Below are positions 19,153 to 27,859 of a DNA stretch of 64,000 nt, piece after piece. Each line of letters begins with the position of its first letter. The first letter of the stretch is position 1. Where the stretch lies: the NCBI GenBank assembly GCA_007375535.1, contig VMEM01000003.1:32811-96810 (forward strand), written 5' to 3'. Below the pieces are notes generated by a model. It saw only the letters and a program-made list of their open reading frames with translations. It was not told where the DNA came from and searched no databases. Both the position numbers and the translations under genes were made by a program. Source of the DNA: Parcubacteria group bacterium LiPW_41 (GTDB taxonomy: Bacteria; Patescibacteriota; Minisyncoccia; UBA6257; GWB1-50-10).

Positions 19153-20376
19153 ATGTCTAGTGTGGCGAATAAGAAGGGCTTGTATAAAGATATATCGGAA
19201 AACCCAGGTGTCTACATTATGAAAGATACCGAGGGGGAGATTTTGTATATCGGAAAGGCTGGGAATTTAAAACGACGTGTTTCAAGTTATTTCTTGCGAC
19301 CGAACAACGTTCGTATTGAGACGATGGTGTCGCACATTCAATCAATTGAAACGAGAGAAACTGATTCAGCACTTGAAGCGCTTATTTTAGAATCTGCGCT
19401 GATTAAAAAATATCAACCACCATTTAATATTCGAGAAAAAGATGACACAAGTTTTTTGTTTGTTGTAGTAACGTGCGAACAATTTCCTCGTGTACTTCTT
19501 GTTCGCGGAAAGGATTTGGGAGCAGTGAAAGGAATACAATTTGGTCCGTATGTGTCTTCCTCAAGTATTCGTGAAGCACTTCGGATTTTACGAAAGATTT
19601 TTCAATGGAGCGTTCATGAACCAGAAAGAGTTGGCACTTACAAAAAGCCTTGCTTCGAATATGAGATTGGGTTGTGTCCAGGAACTTGTGTTGGAAGTGT
19701 AGATGGTAATGAATATAAAAAAACAATAAAAAAGTTGGTTTTGTTTTTTGAAGGAAAAAAAGACTTGATTATTGCTGAACTCGAAAAAGAAATGAAGACA
19801 GCAAGTAAACAATTAGAATTTGAACGTGCTAATAAGTTAAAAAAGCAGATTTTTGCATTAACTCATATTCGCGACACTGCTCTCATCTCTTCCGAATCAT
19901 TCGAAATTCGAAATTCGAAATTCGAAATTTCCGCAACGCGGGTTGAGGGTTATGACATTTCAAATATTTCCGGAACTTCTGCGGTGGGAAGTATGGTGGT
20001 GTTTGTAAATGGGGTACCAGCAAAAAATCAGTATAAGAAATTCAAAATAAAAACAGTTGAGGGGCCAAATGACGTGCGGATGTTGCGGGAGGTTTTAATG
20101 CGGAGATTTAAACACACCGAATGGGAATTTCCTCAATGTATTTTGATTGATGGGGGAAAGCCACAAGTAAATGAAGCAAAAGAGGTGCTAAAGGAGATCA
20201 ATATTTCAATTCCTATTGTAGGAATTGCAAAGGGGGAGAAGAGGAGAAAAAATGAGTTCATTGGAGCTATTCCTAAAGGGATAGAAGATAAAACACTTAT
20301 ATCAGTTCGTGATGAGGCGCATCGATTCGCTATTAAATATCACAAAGAGGTGAGGAAAAAAGCCACATTTTCATAG
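19153..20376 (+). CDS. uvrC: Excinuclease ABC subunit C. Short form lacking the C-terminal (HhH)2 domain.
   Basis: 407 aa versus about 600 typical. GIY-YIG module (GVYIMKDTEGEILYIGKAGNLKRRV). UVR helix (LEFERANKLKKQIFAL). Endonuclease domain (GYDISNISGT...DGGKPQ...RDEAHRFAI). The protein ends right after the endonuclease domain. Confidence 0.8.
   Translation: MSSVANKKGLYKDISENPGVYIMKDTEGEILYIGKAGNLKRRVSSYFLRPNNVRIETMVSHIQSIETRETDSALEALILESALIKKYQPPFNIREKDDTSFLFVVVTCEQFPRVLLVRGKDLGAVKGIQFGPYVSSSSIREALRILRKIFQWSVHEPERVGTYKKPCFEYEIGLCPGTCVGSVDGNEYKKTIKKLVLFFEGKKDLIIAELEKEMKTASKQLEFERANKLKKQIFALTHIRDTALISSESFEIRNSKFEISATRVEGYDISNISGTSAVGSMVVFVNGVPAKNQYKKFKIKTVEGPNDVRMLREVLMRRFKHTEWEFPQCILIDGGKPQVNEAKEVLKEINISIPIVGIAKGEKRRKNEFIGAIPKGIEDKTLISVRDEAHRFAIKYHKEVRKKATFS
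19901..19928 (+). repeat. Four perfect tandem copies of the heptamer TCGAAAT inside uvrC (a degenerate fifth copy lies upstream)
   Basis: tcgaaattcgaaattcgaaattcgaaat read directly. The unit length is not a multiple of three. Confidence 0.9.
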
Positions 20377-20378
20377 TA

Positions 20379-20407
20379 TTGACTTTTTAATAAAATAGTG
20401 CTATAAT
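20379..20407 (+). promoter_or_regulatory. Sigma-70-type promoter TTGACT-N17-TATAAT
   Basis: Exact consensus hexamers with 17-nt spacing upstream of ORF 20439. Confidence 0.5.
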
Positions 20408-20438
20408 TATCTCATTAATAACATAATAGAGGTTTGCG

Positions 20439-20690
20439 ATGGCAAGTCGGTATAAAGAATATTTAAGAATGAAATCAGAAAGAGAGTGGGTAATTATTCT
20501 ATTAATTGGATTTTTTCTATCTCTTCCATTGATATCAACCCTTACCTTTTTCACTCTTTTACATTTGGAGTGGAGAAGTGTAGTATTTACTTTACTGTTC
20601 TCGTCCGGTTGTTCATTTTTTCCTTATATGATCTCCACATCTTGGAGAGAATATAAGAGAATGAAAAAAGCATTTAGGCCCTCAATATGA
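20439..20690 (+). CDS. Small membrane protein (hypothetical)
   Basis: 83 aa with two predicted TM helices. Consensus promoter upstream and terminator downstream. Confidence 0.4.
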   Translation: MASRYKEYLRMKSEREWVIILLIGFFLSLPLISTLTFFTLLHLEWRSVVFTLLFSSGCSFFPYMISTSWREYKRMKKAFRPSI

Positions 20691-20704
20691 GGGTTCTTTT
20701 TTTG
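20677..20704 (+). terminator. Intrinsic terminator overlapping the stop codon
   Basis: Palindrome ccctca-ata-tgaggg followed by ttcttttttttg. Confidence 0.6.
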
Positions 20705-20727
20705 TCCTAAAATGATAGGATGAATGT

Positions 20728-21135
20728 ATGATTCGAAAGGTAATTCATTTTTTTGATAAGTTAGAAGATCATGTTCGGGGGTCTTTAAGTCATTTTCCTA
20801 TTCTTTATGCGTTTGTGGGTGGAGTTGGAGTTGTATTGTTTTGGAAGGGAGTTTGGGAGACCGCAGAACTTTTCCCATCACTTTTTGGTCCAGGTTCAAT
20901 ACTTTTGAGTGTTATCATCTTGCTTATGACAGGAGTTTTTGTTTCCTCATTTATTGGAAATGAGATTTTAATTTCGGGTTTAAAGTCACAAAAGAAAATT
21001 GCTGAAAAAACAGAAGAGGAAGTTAAAGTTGAAGAGAGTGATATAACAAAAATTTACAAAAGAACAGAGAAAATTGAGAAAGACATCGAAGAATTAAAAG
21101 AATTGATACATAAGCATTATGAAAGAAAAAATTAA
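20728..21135 (+). CDS. Membrane protein with a C-terminal coiled-coil (hypothetical)
   Basis: Two TM helices, then a charged helical tail EKTEEEVKVEESDITKIYKRTEKIEKDIEELKEL. Confidence 0.4.
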   Translation: MIRKVIHFFDKLEDHVRGSLSHFPILYAFVGGVGVVLFWKGVWETAELFPSLFGPGSILLSVIILLMTGVFVSSFIGNEILISGLKSQKKIAEKTEEEVKVEESDITKIYKRTEKIEKDIEELKELIHKHYERKN

Positions 21136-21700
21136 TACAAAAAAACGTATTACGTTGTTTATTATTGCATTACTCATTGTTGGTGTTGGGGTTGTTGCTG
21201 TTTCTCGATATGAAACACGACGAATGATAGAAAAAATTACAAAAGAAGAAATTTCGAAAAATCGTGCGACAGTAGGTGATGATCTTGTTGGGGGAGCTGG
21301 GAATACAATGCAGGTTTCCGTATTTTTTCAAAATCCAATTTTGGCGAATGATCCTGATTTAATTGACTGCGGAAAGGTTTTTTCTGTAGTACGAACCGTA
21401 GAAAAAGTTCCTGGTGTCGCACGACAAGCACTTCAAGAATTATTACTTGGACCAACTGAGACAGAACGTGGTGCCGGGTATCAAACTGCAATTTCGAAAG
21501 AAATTGGATTACATATTGATTCAGTGAATCTTAATGATGGAGTTCTTACTATTGAATTTAATCGCTCGCCTTTTTTGGGTGGTTCGTGTGCGCTTGCAGG
21601 AGTTGTTTCTCAAATTCGATCTACTGCAAAACAATTTTTATCGGTGAAGGAAGTAAAAATGTTGGTAAATGGAACTGAGGAGTGGGCTATGAATCCATAG
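21119..21700 (+). CDS. GerMN domain protein (sporulation/germination-associated lipoprotein-like)
   Basis: N-terminal TM. Motifs ALQELLLGPTETERGAGYQTAIS and VLTIEFN typical of the GerMN fold. Confidence 0.6.
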   Translation: MKEKINTKKRITLFIIALLIVGVGVVAVSRYETRRMIEKITKEEISKNRATVGDDLVGGAGNTMQVSVFFQNPILANDPDLIDCGKVFSVVRTVEKVPGVARQALQELLLGPTETERGAGYQTAISKEIGLHIDSVNLNDGVLTIEFNRSPFLGGSCALAGVVSQIRSTAKQFLSVKEVKMLVNGTEEWAMNP

Positions 21701-21708
21701 TTTAACCT

Positions 21709-21877
21709 TAGCTTTGAATTACGAAATAGTTTTTGACTCTTTTTTGCCAATTTTTGTTCCGTGCAGTTTTTCGCTCCTCGCTGTATACTGCCTGTATACA
21801 GTTTCGTCGTGAGAAAACTGCACTCACTTAAAATTATCTAAAAAATAATTTGAAAACTATTTCGTAATTCAAAGCTA
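21709..21877. repeat. 169-bp rod-like inverted-repeat element filling the GerMN-nfo intergenic region
   Basis: Outer perfect 25-bp IR: tagctttgaattacgaaatagtttt at 21709-21733 and aaaactatttcgtaattcaaagcta at 21853-21877. Inner 10-bp IR: gtgcagtttt and aaaactgcac. Central hairpin ctgtatac-tgcc-tgtatacag. Ends 3 nt before the nfo ATG. Confidence 0.7.
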
Positions 21878-21880
21878 TCT

Positions 21881-22729
21881 ATGAAAAAGATTATCATTGG
21901 GGCTCATGTTTCCACGGCTGGTGGATTATATACTGCATTTGATCGCGCTCAATTAATTGGTGCGGAGGCAGTACAGATTTTTGGCTCTTCACCACGTGCG
22001 TGGCGCGCAAAGATGCCTACTAAAGAAGAGTGTGAAAAATTTAAAAAAGAGAGGGAAAAATATTCAATTTCACACGTTTTCTTACATGCTGCATATTTGG
22101 TAAATCTTGCAAGTGGAAATAGTGATATTTTTTTGAATTCAAAACAGAGTTTAATTGACCATCTTTCAATCGCTGAGATGATTGGAGCAGATGGACTCAT
22201 TTTTCATATTGGCTCATCAAAGGGAATCACACGAAGCGAGGCACTTTTACAAGAGATTGAAGCGATGAGAGAGATTATTAGTAGGGTTCCTGGGAAGGCA
22301 AAACTTATTATGGAAAATACCGCAGGAGGAGGAGACAAGGTTGGAGATTCAATAAAAGAAATGGGTGAATTATATAAAAAAACGGGGTCAGATCGACTTG
22401 GAATTTGTTTTGATACTGCACATGCATTTGAAGCAGGGTGGGTTGAGTCGTATACAAAAGATTCGGTAAAAAAGTTATTCGATGAGTTTGATAAAGAAAT
22501 TGGAATTGAAAATCTTTGTGCAATACACGCGAATGATTCAATGACCGATTCGGGTTCGTATCATGACCGTCATGCGAATATCGGTGAGGGGAAGGTTGGA
22601 GAAACTGGATTCCGTGCATTATTTTCCGATAAACGATTGCATTCAATTCCATGGATTTTGGAAGTCCCAGGTGTTGGTGATGGGCCTGATAGAAAAAACA
22701 TTGATGAATTAAATAAAATTTTCAAATAA
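21881..22729 (+). CDS. nfo: Endonuclease IV (AP endonuclease family 2)
   Basis: 282 aa. GAHVSTAGG opening and conserved His/Glu/Asp metal-ligand pattern (HAAYLVNL, IFHIGS, CFDTAHAFEAG). Confidence 0.9.
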   Translation: MKKIIIGAHVSTAGGLYTAFDRAQLIGAEAVQIFGSSPRAWRAKMPTKEECEKFKKEREKYSISHVFLHAAYLVNLASGNSDIFLNSKQSLIDHLSIAEMIGADGLIFHIGSSKGITRSEALLQEIEAMREIISRVPGKAKLIMENTAGGGDKVGDSIKEMGELYKKTGSDRLGICFDTAHAFEAGWVESYTKDSVKKLFDEFDKEIGIENLCAIHANDSMTDSGSYHDRHANIGEGKVGETGFRALFSDKRLHSIPWILEVPGVGDGPDRKNIDELNKIFK

Positions 22730-22736
22730 AAAATCT

Positions 22737-23072
22737 ATGAAGGTAGTAAATAAAACAAAAAACAAAGTTTTGCATGAAAACATAAAGGATGCAAAAACAT
22801 TTGAAGAAAAAACACGAGGACTACTGGATTCAATAAATGGAGATGCGATGATGTTTGATACCCGATGGGGGATACATACGTTTGGGATGAAGTTTCCTAT
22901 TGATTGTGCAATTTGTGATGACTCAAATAAGTTACAAGTACTAAAAACAAATATTCCAAAAAGAAGATTTTTCTTTTGGAACCCAAAGTATAAAAAGGTA
23001 TATGAATTTCCTGTCGGTACACTGGTGAGGACGGGTACAGAGGTTGGAGATGAGATAGTGGTTGAATATTAA
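22737..23072 (+). CDS. DUF192 (COG1430) domain protein
   Basis: TRGLLD...MMFDTRWGIHTFGMKFPIDCAI pattern typical of DUF192. Confidence 0.6.
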   Translation: MKVVNKTKNKVLHENIKDAKTFEEKTRGLLDSINGDAMMFDTRWGIHTFGMKFPIDCAICDDSNKLQVLKTNIPKRRFFFWNPKYKKVYEFPVGTLVRTGTEVGDEIVVEY

Positions 23073-23093
23073 AAACGTTTCGGAATTCAAGGT

Positions 23094-23615
23094 GTGATAC
23101 AATTACAATTAATGAACAATAAAAAAACAACATTAATTATTGTTGCACTTGTCATTGTGGGGGTTGGTATAGTCCTTTGGACTCAAACACCACGAGAGAG
23201 CGTAACACAAGAGTCACAAATACCTGAATCAAATCAACAAATACAAACATCTATGCCAGAACAAACAAATATAACAATGCAGACATTACCAAGTGGACTT
23301 CAGATTGGAGATGAGGTGGTTGGAACGGGTGCGGAAGCGGTTGCAGGAAAAATGGTGGCGGTACATTACACAGGAACGCTATTAAATGGAACGAAGTTTG
23401 ATAGTTCGCTTGATCGGGGTGAGCCATTTGAGTTTTCTTTAGGTGCTGGATATGTAATTAAAGGATGGGATGAAGGGGTTCAGGGAATGAAGGTGGGAGG
23501 AAAGAGAAAGCTTATTATTCCTTCTGATCTTGGATACGGATCTCGTGGAGCGGGGAGTGCTATTCCACCAAATGCAACATTAGTGTTTGATGTTGAACTT
23601 CTAGGAGTGAAGTAA
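23094..23615 (+). CDS. FKBP-type peptidyl-prolyl cis-trans isomerase with an N-terminal membrane anchor
   Basis: C-terminal FKBP domain [62 protein letters not shown]. Confidence 0.85.
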   Translation: MIQLQLMNNKKTTLIIVALVIVGVGIVLWTQTPRESVTQESQIPESNQQIQTSMPEQTNITMQTLPSGLQIGDEVVGTGAEAVAGKMVAVHYTGTLLNGTKFDSSLDRGEPFEFSLGAGYVIKGWDEGVQGMKVGGKRKLIIPSDLGYGSRGAGSAIPPNATLVFDVELLGVK

Positions 23616-23617
23616 AA

Positions 23618-23642
23618 AAATCCCCACATCTGTGGGGATTAA
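23618..23642 (+). terminator. Terminator hairpin after the FKBP gene
   Basis: aaaaaaatccccacatctgtggggatt. Near-identical to the hairpin at 18415. Confidence 0.6.
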
Positions 23643-24040
23643 ACATATAAAAACAAACTTTGGTTTTGGTTTAGCTTATGCTCTCTTTTTCGCTCGTTAG
23701 AACTTAGTTTTGAGATCGCATAGATTCGGGTTGTTTTTGTGCGCACAACAACAACCTTACTTGGGAATTACACTTTTCGTAGAAGGGTAAAACAACGAGA
23801 AGATACCTTTTTACTTAGTAATCCCACAACCCCACTATTCAGTGGTTTTTCTAACTATGGTCGGTTCGTTAGTCCGCATAGACGCTCTTTCCTTTCGAGG
23901 GAAATCGATTGTACTCTTTCTTCCATTTCCAAAGCTTATTTCAAGAAACTGTTTTTATTCTAATTTTTGTTTGGTATTTGTCAACTCATGTATTCCTTGA
24001 TAGGATGACGATAGAAAGTTAATAACAACTGGAGAAAATT

Positions 24041-24553
24041 ATGAAAGAGTCAGAAATGAAATTTGAGGTAAAGGATTTTAGTCGCGTTAAAGAGCGTCTT
24101 GAAGCAATTGGCGCAAGACTTATTTGGAAGGGAATGGAAGAAACACAATATTACGATTTCCGTAATGGATCTTTAAAAGATCGTGGTATTTCGTTGCGCA
24201 TACGAGATCGAAAAAAAATAATTTTTATAACCTGTAAGCGTGATTTAAAAAATGGTGCAAATACAAAAAATCGCGATGAGTTTGAAATCACTATTACCGA
24301 CAAAAAACAAGTGGAGGGTATTCTTAATTGTCTTGATTTGGTTCCAAAGTTTTTTTACAAAAAACGAAGAGAACATTGGGAAATTAACAAAAACACTCAT
24401 GTTGAATTGGATGAACTCGAAACTGGGCAGAAGTTTGTTGAGATTGAGGGTTCGGAACGAAACATTATCAAATTTTCAAAAGTGCTTGATGTATTTGACT
24501 GCCCAAAGTCATTCAAGTCATATCCAGAGATTTTAAAAGAAAAAAGGAAATAA
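24041..24553 (+). CDS. CYTH domain protein (class IV adenylate cyclase / CyaB-thiamine triphosphatase fold)
   Basis: MKFEVK...ISLRIRD...TCKRDL..NTKNRDEFEITI...ELDELETGQKFVEIEG pattern of the CYTH triphosphate tunnel. Confidence 0.7.
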   Translation: MKESEMKFEVKDFSRVKERLEAIGARLIWKGMEETQYYDFRNGSLKDRGISLRIRDRKKIIFITCKRDLKNGANTKNRDEFEITITDKKQVEGILNCLDLVPKFFYKKRREHWEINKNTHVELDELETGQKFVEIEGSERNIIKFSKVLDVFDCPKSFKSYPEILKEKRK

Positions 24554-24555
24554 CA

Positions 24556-24590
24556 ATCCCGCCCCCCATTGGGGCGGATTTTTTACTTGA
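24556..24590 (+). terminator. Intrinsic terminator after the CYTH gene
   Basis: Hairpin aatcccgcccc-ccatt-ggggcggatt followed by ttttt. Confidence 0.7.
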
Positions 24591-24623
24591 GATTTTGTTC
24601 AGTCGGTGGTTAAGTGAGTAGGT

Positions 24624-25844
24624 ATGGATTTTTTTACTATCACTACACGTGATAAAAAAACAAAAGCAAGAGTTGGAATGTTAAAGACTTCACATGGTGG
24701 CGTAGCTGAGACTCCGTCATATGTTGTTGTTGGAACTCGTGCAAAGGTTAAAACGTTAACCACAGAAGATATAAAGAAATCAAAAACGCAGATGATAATT
24801 TCAAATACATATCATCTGTTTCGTGAGCTTGGAGATTCAGTGAAAGAATTTGAAGGGTTGCATAGCCGATTAGGATTTGATGGAGTTGTTATGACAGATT
24901 CCGGTGGTTTTCAGGTGTTCTCACTTGGGTTTTCAAGGGAGCACAATGTTTCGAAAGTTGGTTTTTTTTCTCACAAAAAAAATAGTTTTGTCGCGGATCT
25001 CATTTTGGCATTGCGTGCGAAAATTGGTTTGAGAAACAAAAGGAATTCAGTACGTATAACAAACAACGGGGCTTGGTTCAAAGATGAATCATATAGTGAT
25101 AAAAAACCAATTTTTCTTACTCCAGAAAAATCAATTGAAATACAAGAGTCTCTTGGTGCTGATATTATTCTTGCATTCGATGAATGCACATCTCCAAAAC
25201 ACGGATTTTGGTATAACAAGTGGGCAATGATTCGTACTCACCGATGGGCGCTTCGATGTATAAAAGCAAAAAAGAAAAATTCACAGGCATTATATGGAAT
25301 AGTTCAAGGTGGAGACTATGAAGAATTACGAAAAGAAAGCGCTCGTGTAATTGGTAAGATGCCTTTTGATGGATTTGCTATTGGTGGTTCTTTTGGGAAA
25401 GAAGAAATGAGAAATGTTATTGATTGGAGTGTTCCATTTTTACCAGAGGAAAAACCAAGACACCTTTTAGGAGTTGGACGAATCGAAGATATTCTTGATG
25501 GTGTTGAGAGGGGCATTGATACATTTGATTGTGTTATCCCAACACGAGAAGGGCGACATGGGGGAATTTGGACCAAGAAGGGGAGGTATGACGTAACAAA
25601 AACAAAATTTTTAGGAAATAATGAATTATTAGAAAACGGGTGTATGTGTCCCGCGTGTAGTTCTGGGATTACAAAAGGAGTGTTGTGTAATCTTTTTAAA
25701 GAAAAAAATGAAGAAGCGGGGCGATATGCGACGCTGCACAATGTATTTTTTTTCAATTCGTTTATGGAGCATCTTCGTACATCAATAAAAAATGGAACAT
25801 TTTCCGAATTTAAAAAACAGGTTTTACTAGATTTGCATTTATAA
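24624..25844 (+). CDS. tgt: Queuine/preQ1 tRNA-guanine transglycosylase
   Basis: 406 aa. TIM-barrel TGT motifs (VMTDSGGFQV, AFDEC) and zinc site CMCPACSS...H. Confidence 0.9.
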   Translation: MDFFTITTRDKKTKARVGMLKTSHGGVAETPSYVVVGTRAKVKTLTTEDIKKSKTQMIISNTYHLFRELGDSVKEFEGLHSRLGFDGVVMTDSGGFQVFSLGFSREHNVSKVGFFSHKKNSFVADLILALRAKIGLRNKRNSVRITNNGAWFKDESYSDKKPIFLTPEKSIEIQESLGADIILAFDECTSPKHGFWYNKWAMIRTHRWALRCIKAKKKNSQALYGIVQGGDYEELRKESARVIGKMPFDGFAIGGSFGKEEMRNVIDWSVPFLPEEKPRHLLGVGRIEDILDGVERGIDTFDCVIPTREGRHGGIWTKKGRYDVTKTKFLGNNELLENGCMCPACSSGITKGVLCNLFKEKNEEAGRYATLHNVFFFNSFMEHLRTSIKNGTFSEFKKQVLLDLHL

Positions 25845-25847
25845 TGA

Positions 25848-25956
25848 ATCCCGTTAGAAAACGGAACATTCATAAATAGTCTACTAATATGTATGTATGC
25901 AAAAACAAATAACAAAAATGTCGAATAACCAAAATTGTCAGGTCTTCTAACGGGAT
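25848..25956. repeat. IR-bounded intergenic element, copy A (ATCCCGTTAGAA ... TTCTAACGGGAT). Its last two bases are the AT of the queA start codon.
   Basis: Perfect 12-bp terminal inverted repeats, 109 bp overall. Begins 3 nt after the tgt stop. No SD-like sequence upstream of the queA ATG. Confidence 0.7.
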
Positions 25957-26974
25957 GAATCAGTATTTTTATGAATTGCCACGTGAGCTAATTGCACAAA
26001 AACCGGCAGAACCAAGAGATTCTTCACGTTTATTTGTGTACGATACAAAAACGGATGAAATTTTTTTTGATGTATTTCGAAATTGTGGAGAATATATTCC
26101 TTCGGGGAGTACATTAATTCTTAATAAGACAAAGGTTGTTCCTGCCCGTGTCTACATGGAAAAGGAAACTGGTGGAAAGATTGAGGTGTTATTTTTAATA
26201 AATGAATATGGAGGTGGAAAAGAGTTCTTGGTGATTGTGGATAGGAAATTAATAATTGGGCAGAAGTTATTTTTTCCCAATAGAAAAGCATTTGAAGTTA
26301 TTGATCAGAAGGATCAGTTTTTTACATTGAAATGTCTTTTTGATGAAAGTGAGATTTTTTCATTATTGGAAATATTCGGGACCACACCAATACCGAAATA
26401 TATACATGAACACAATCTTTCCGAATCGGTAATTAAAGATCGCTATCAAAGTATTTTCGCTGAAACGCCTGCTTCAATTGCGGCGCCAACGGCCTCATTA
26501 CATTTCACTAACGAAGTATTTGAATCGTTAAAAAAGAAGGACGTTATAACAGCGGAAATTCTCTTACATGTTGGTATGGGAACTTTTGCTCCAGTGAGTG
26601 ATGTTCAGATTCAGAGCGGAATGTTGCATAAGGAGTGGTATTCGATTCCAAAAGAGACTGAAGAAGTGATAAAGCTTTGCTCACAAAAATCCATCATTCC
26701 TGTTGGGACCACTGCAATGCGTGCATTGGAGTCGTTTGCAAAAACAGAAAAAAATGAAGGTATAACCAACTTATTTATAAAAAGGCCATTTCAATTCAGA
26801 GTTGCTTCTGGTCTTATCACTAATTTTCACGTTCCAGAGTCATCACTTATGTTTCTTGTTGATGCATTTCTAGAGTATAAGCATTCAAAACGAACAATTC
26901 TTGATTTATATAAAATTGCAATAAAGGAGAAGTTCCGTTTTTATTCATTTGGGGATGCGATGTACATAAAGTAG
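25955..26974 (+). CDS. queA: S-adenosylmethionine:tRNA ribosyltransferase-isomerase
   Basis: 339 aa. N-terminus YELPRELIAQKPAEPRDSSRL matches the QueA consensus. Confidence 0.9.
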   Translation: MNQYFYELPRELIAQKPAEPRDSSRLFVYDTKTDEIFFDVFRNCGEYIPSGSTLILNKTKVVPARVYMEKETGGKIEVLFLINEYGGGKEFLVIVDRKLIIGQKLFFPNRKAFEVIDQKDQFFTLKCLFDESEIFSLLEIFGTTPIPKYIHEHNLSESVIKDRYQSIFAETPASIAAPTASLHFTNEVFESLKKKDVITAEILLHVGMGTFAPVSDVQIQSGMLHKEWYSIPKETEEVIKLCSQKSIIPVGTTAMRALESFAKTEKNEGITNLFIKRPFQFRVASGLITNFHVPESSLMFLVDAFLEYKHSKRTILDLYKIAIKEKFRFYSFGDAMYIK

Positions 26975-26989
26975 TACTACAATAGATAG

Positions 26990-27826
26990 GTGAAGAGATT
27001 GTCTTTATTTCTATTGTCTTTTTTTGTGCCATTGTTGGTTTTTGGTTCTGTGAAACCGTCCCTTACGTTGTCTACGAACGTCCCATATCAAGGAGATGTT
27101 GTGAAGGTAACACTTCGTAATGCGGAAATTAAATCAGCAACATTTAAAAAAAAGCCGATCACATTATTTCCTTTGGATGGTGCCCTTGTGGCATTTCTTC
27201 CAATTTCAGGAACTGAGATTCCTGGCGCATATACGCTAAAAACCACTTTTACTAATGGATCACTTGCAACTCGGACAATTTGGGTAAAATCAAGAAAATT
27301 TGCTCGTGTTTCACTTGGTATTCCAACGGGATCAACACTTACTCCTGCAACACTTATTGCACAATTACAAAAAGAGAAAATTGAGCTTGATAATGTAGTA
27401 AAGACAAAGACAGAAGAAGTATATTTTGAAAGCAAATTTCAGTCTCCGCTTTCGATAAAAGAAAATATTGCAAGTCCTTTTGGAGAAATACGAAAAACAG
27501 GATCGTCGATTATCCGACATTGGGGGATTGATTATAAAGCACCAAAGGGAACAGATGTTTCATCAATTTCTGGTGGTATTGTTGCAAAATCATATTTAGA
27601 TACAACGTATGGAAACACGATTATTATCAATCATGGACAGGGAGTATTTTCTCTTTATATGCATCTTGATGAACGTTTGAAAAATGAAGGGGATACAGTT
27701 TCAAAAGGTGAAATAATTGGACGTGTTGGAAATACAGGATATTCATTTGGTCCACATCTTCACCTTTCTTTGAAAATTAATGGTGTTTCTGTAGATCCAC
27801 AGAAATTTATTGGTTTAATGAAATAG
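26990..27826 (+). CDS. M23 family metallopeptidase (LytM-like) with a signal peptide
   Basis: HWGIDYKAP...GNTIIINHGQG..SLYMHL...GNTGYSFGPHLHL zinc-binding motifs. Confidence 0.85.
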   Translation: MKRLSLFLLSFFVPLLVFGSVKPSLTLSTNVPYQGDVVKVTLRNAEIKSATFKKKPITLFPLDGALVAFLPISGTEIPGAYTLKTTFTNGSLATRTIWVKSRKFARVSLGIPTGSTLTPATLIAQLQKEKIELDNVVKTKTEEVYFESKFQSPLSIKENIASPFGEIRKTGSSIIRHWGIDYKAPKGTDVSSISGGIVAKSYLDTTYGNTIIINHGQGVFSLYMHLDERLKNEGDTVSKGEIIGRVGNTGYSFGPHLHLSLKINGVSVDPQKFIGLMK

Positions 27827-27859
27827 TAGTGTTTTCATTTTGCAATCTTATAACTCTCG

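Noticed and set aside
19901-19928. CRISPR array or other interspaced repeat system
   Set aside because: No repeat-spacer-repeat organisation anywhere in the window. The only tandem repeats are the in-gene heptamer (uvrC) and the GGN tract (surface protein).
23739-23963. 74-aa ORF in the FKBP-CYTH spacer
   Set aside because: Arg/Ser/Leu-rich low-complexity translation, no RBS or start context, and not in an operon. The region is more likely non-coding.
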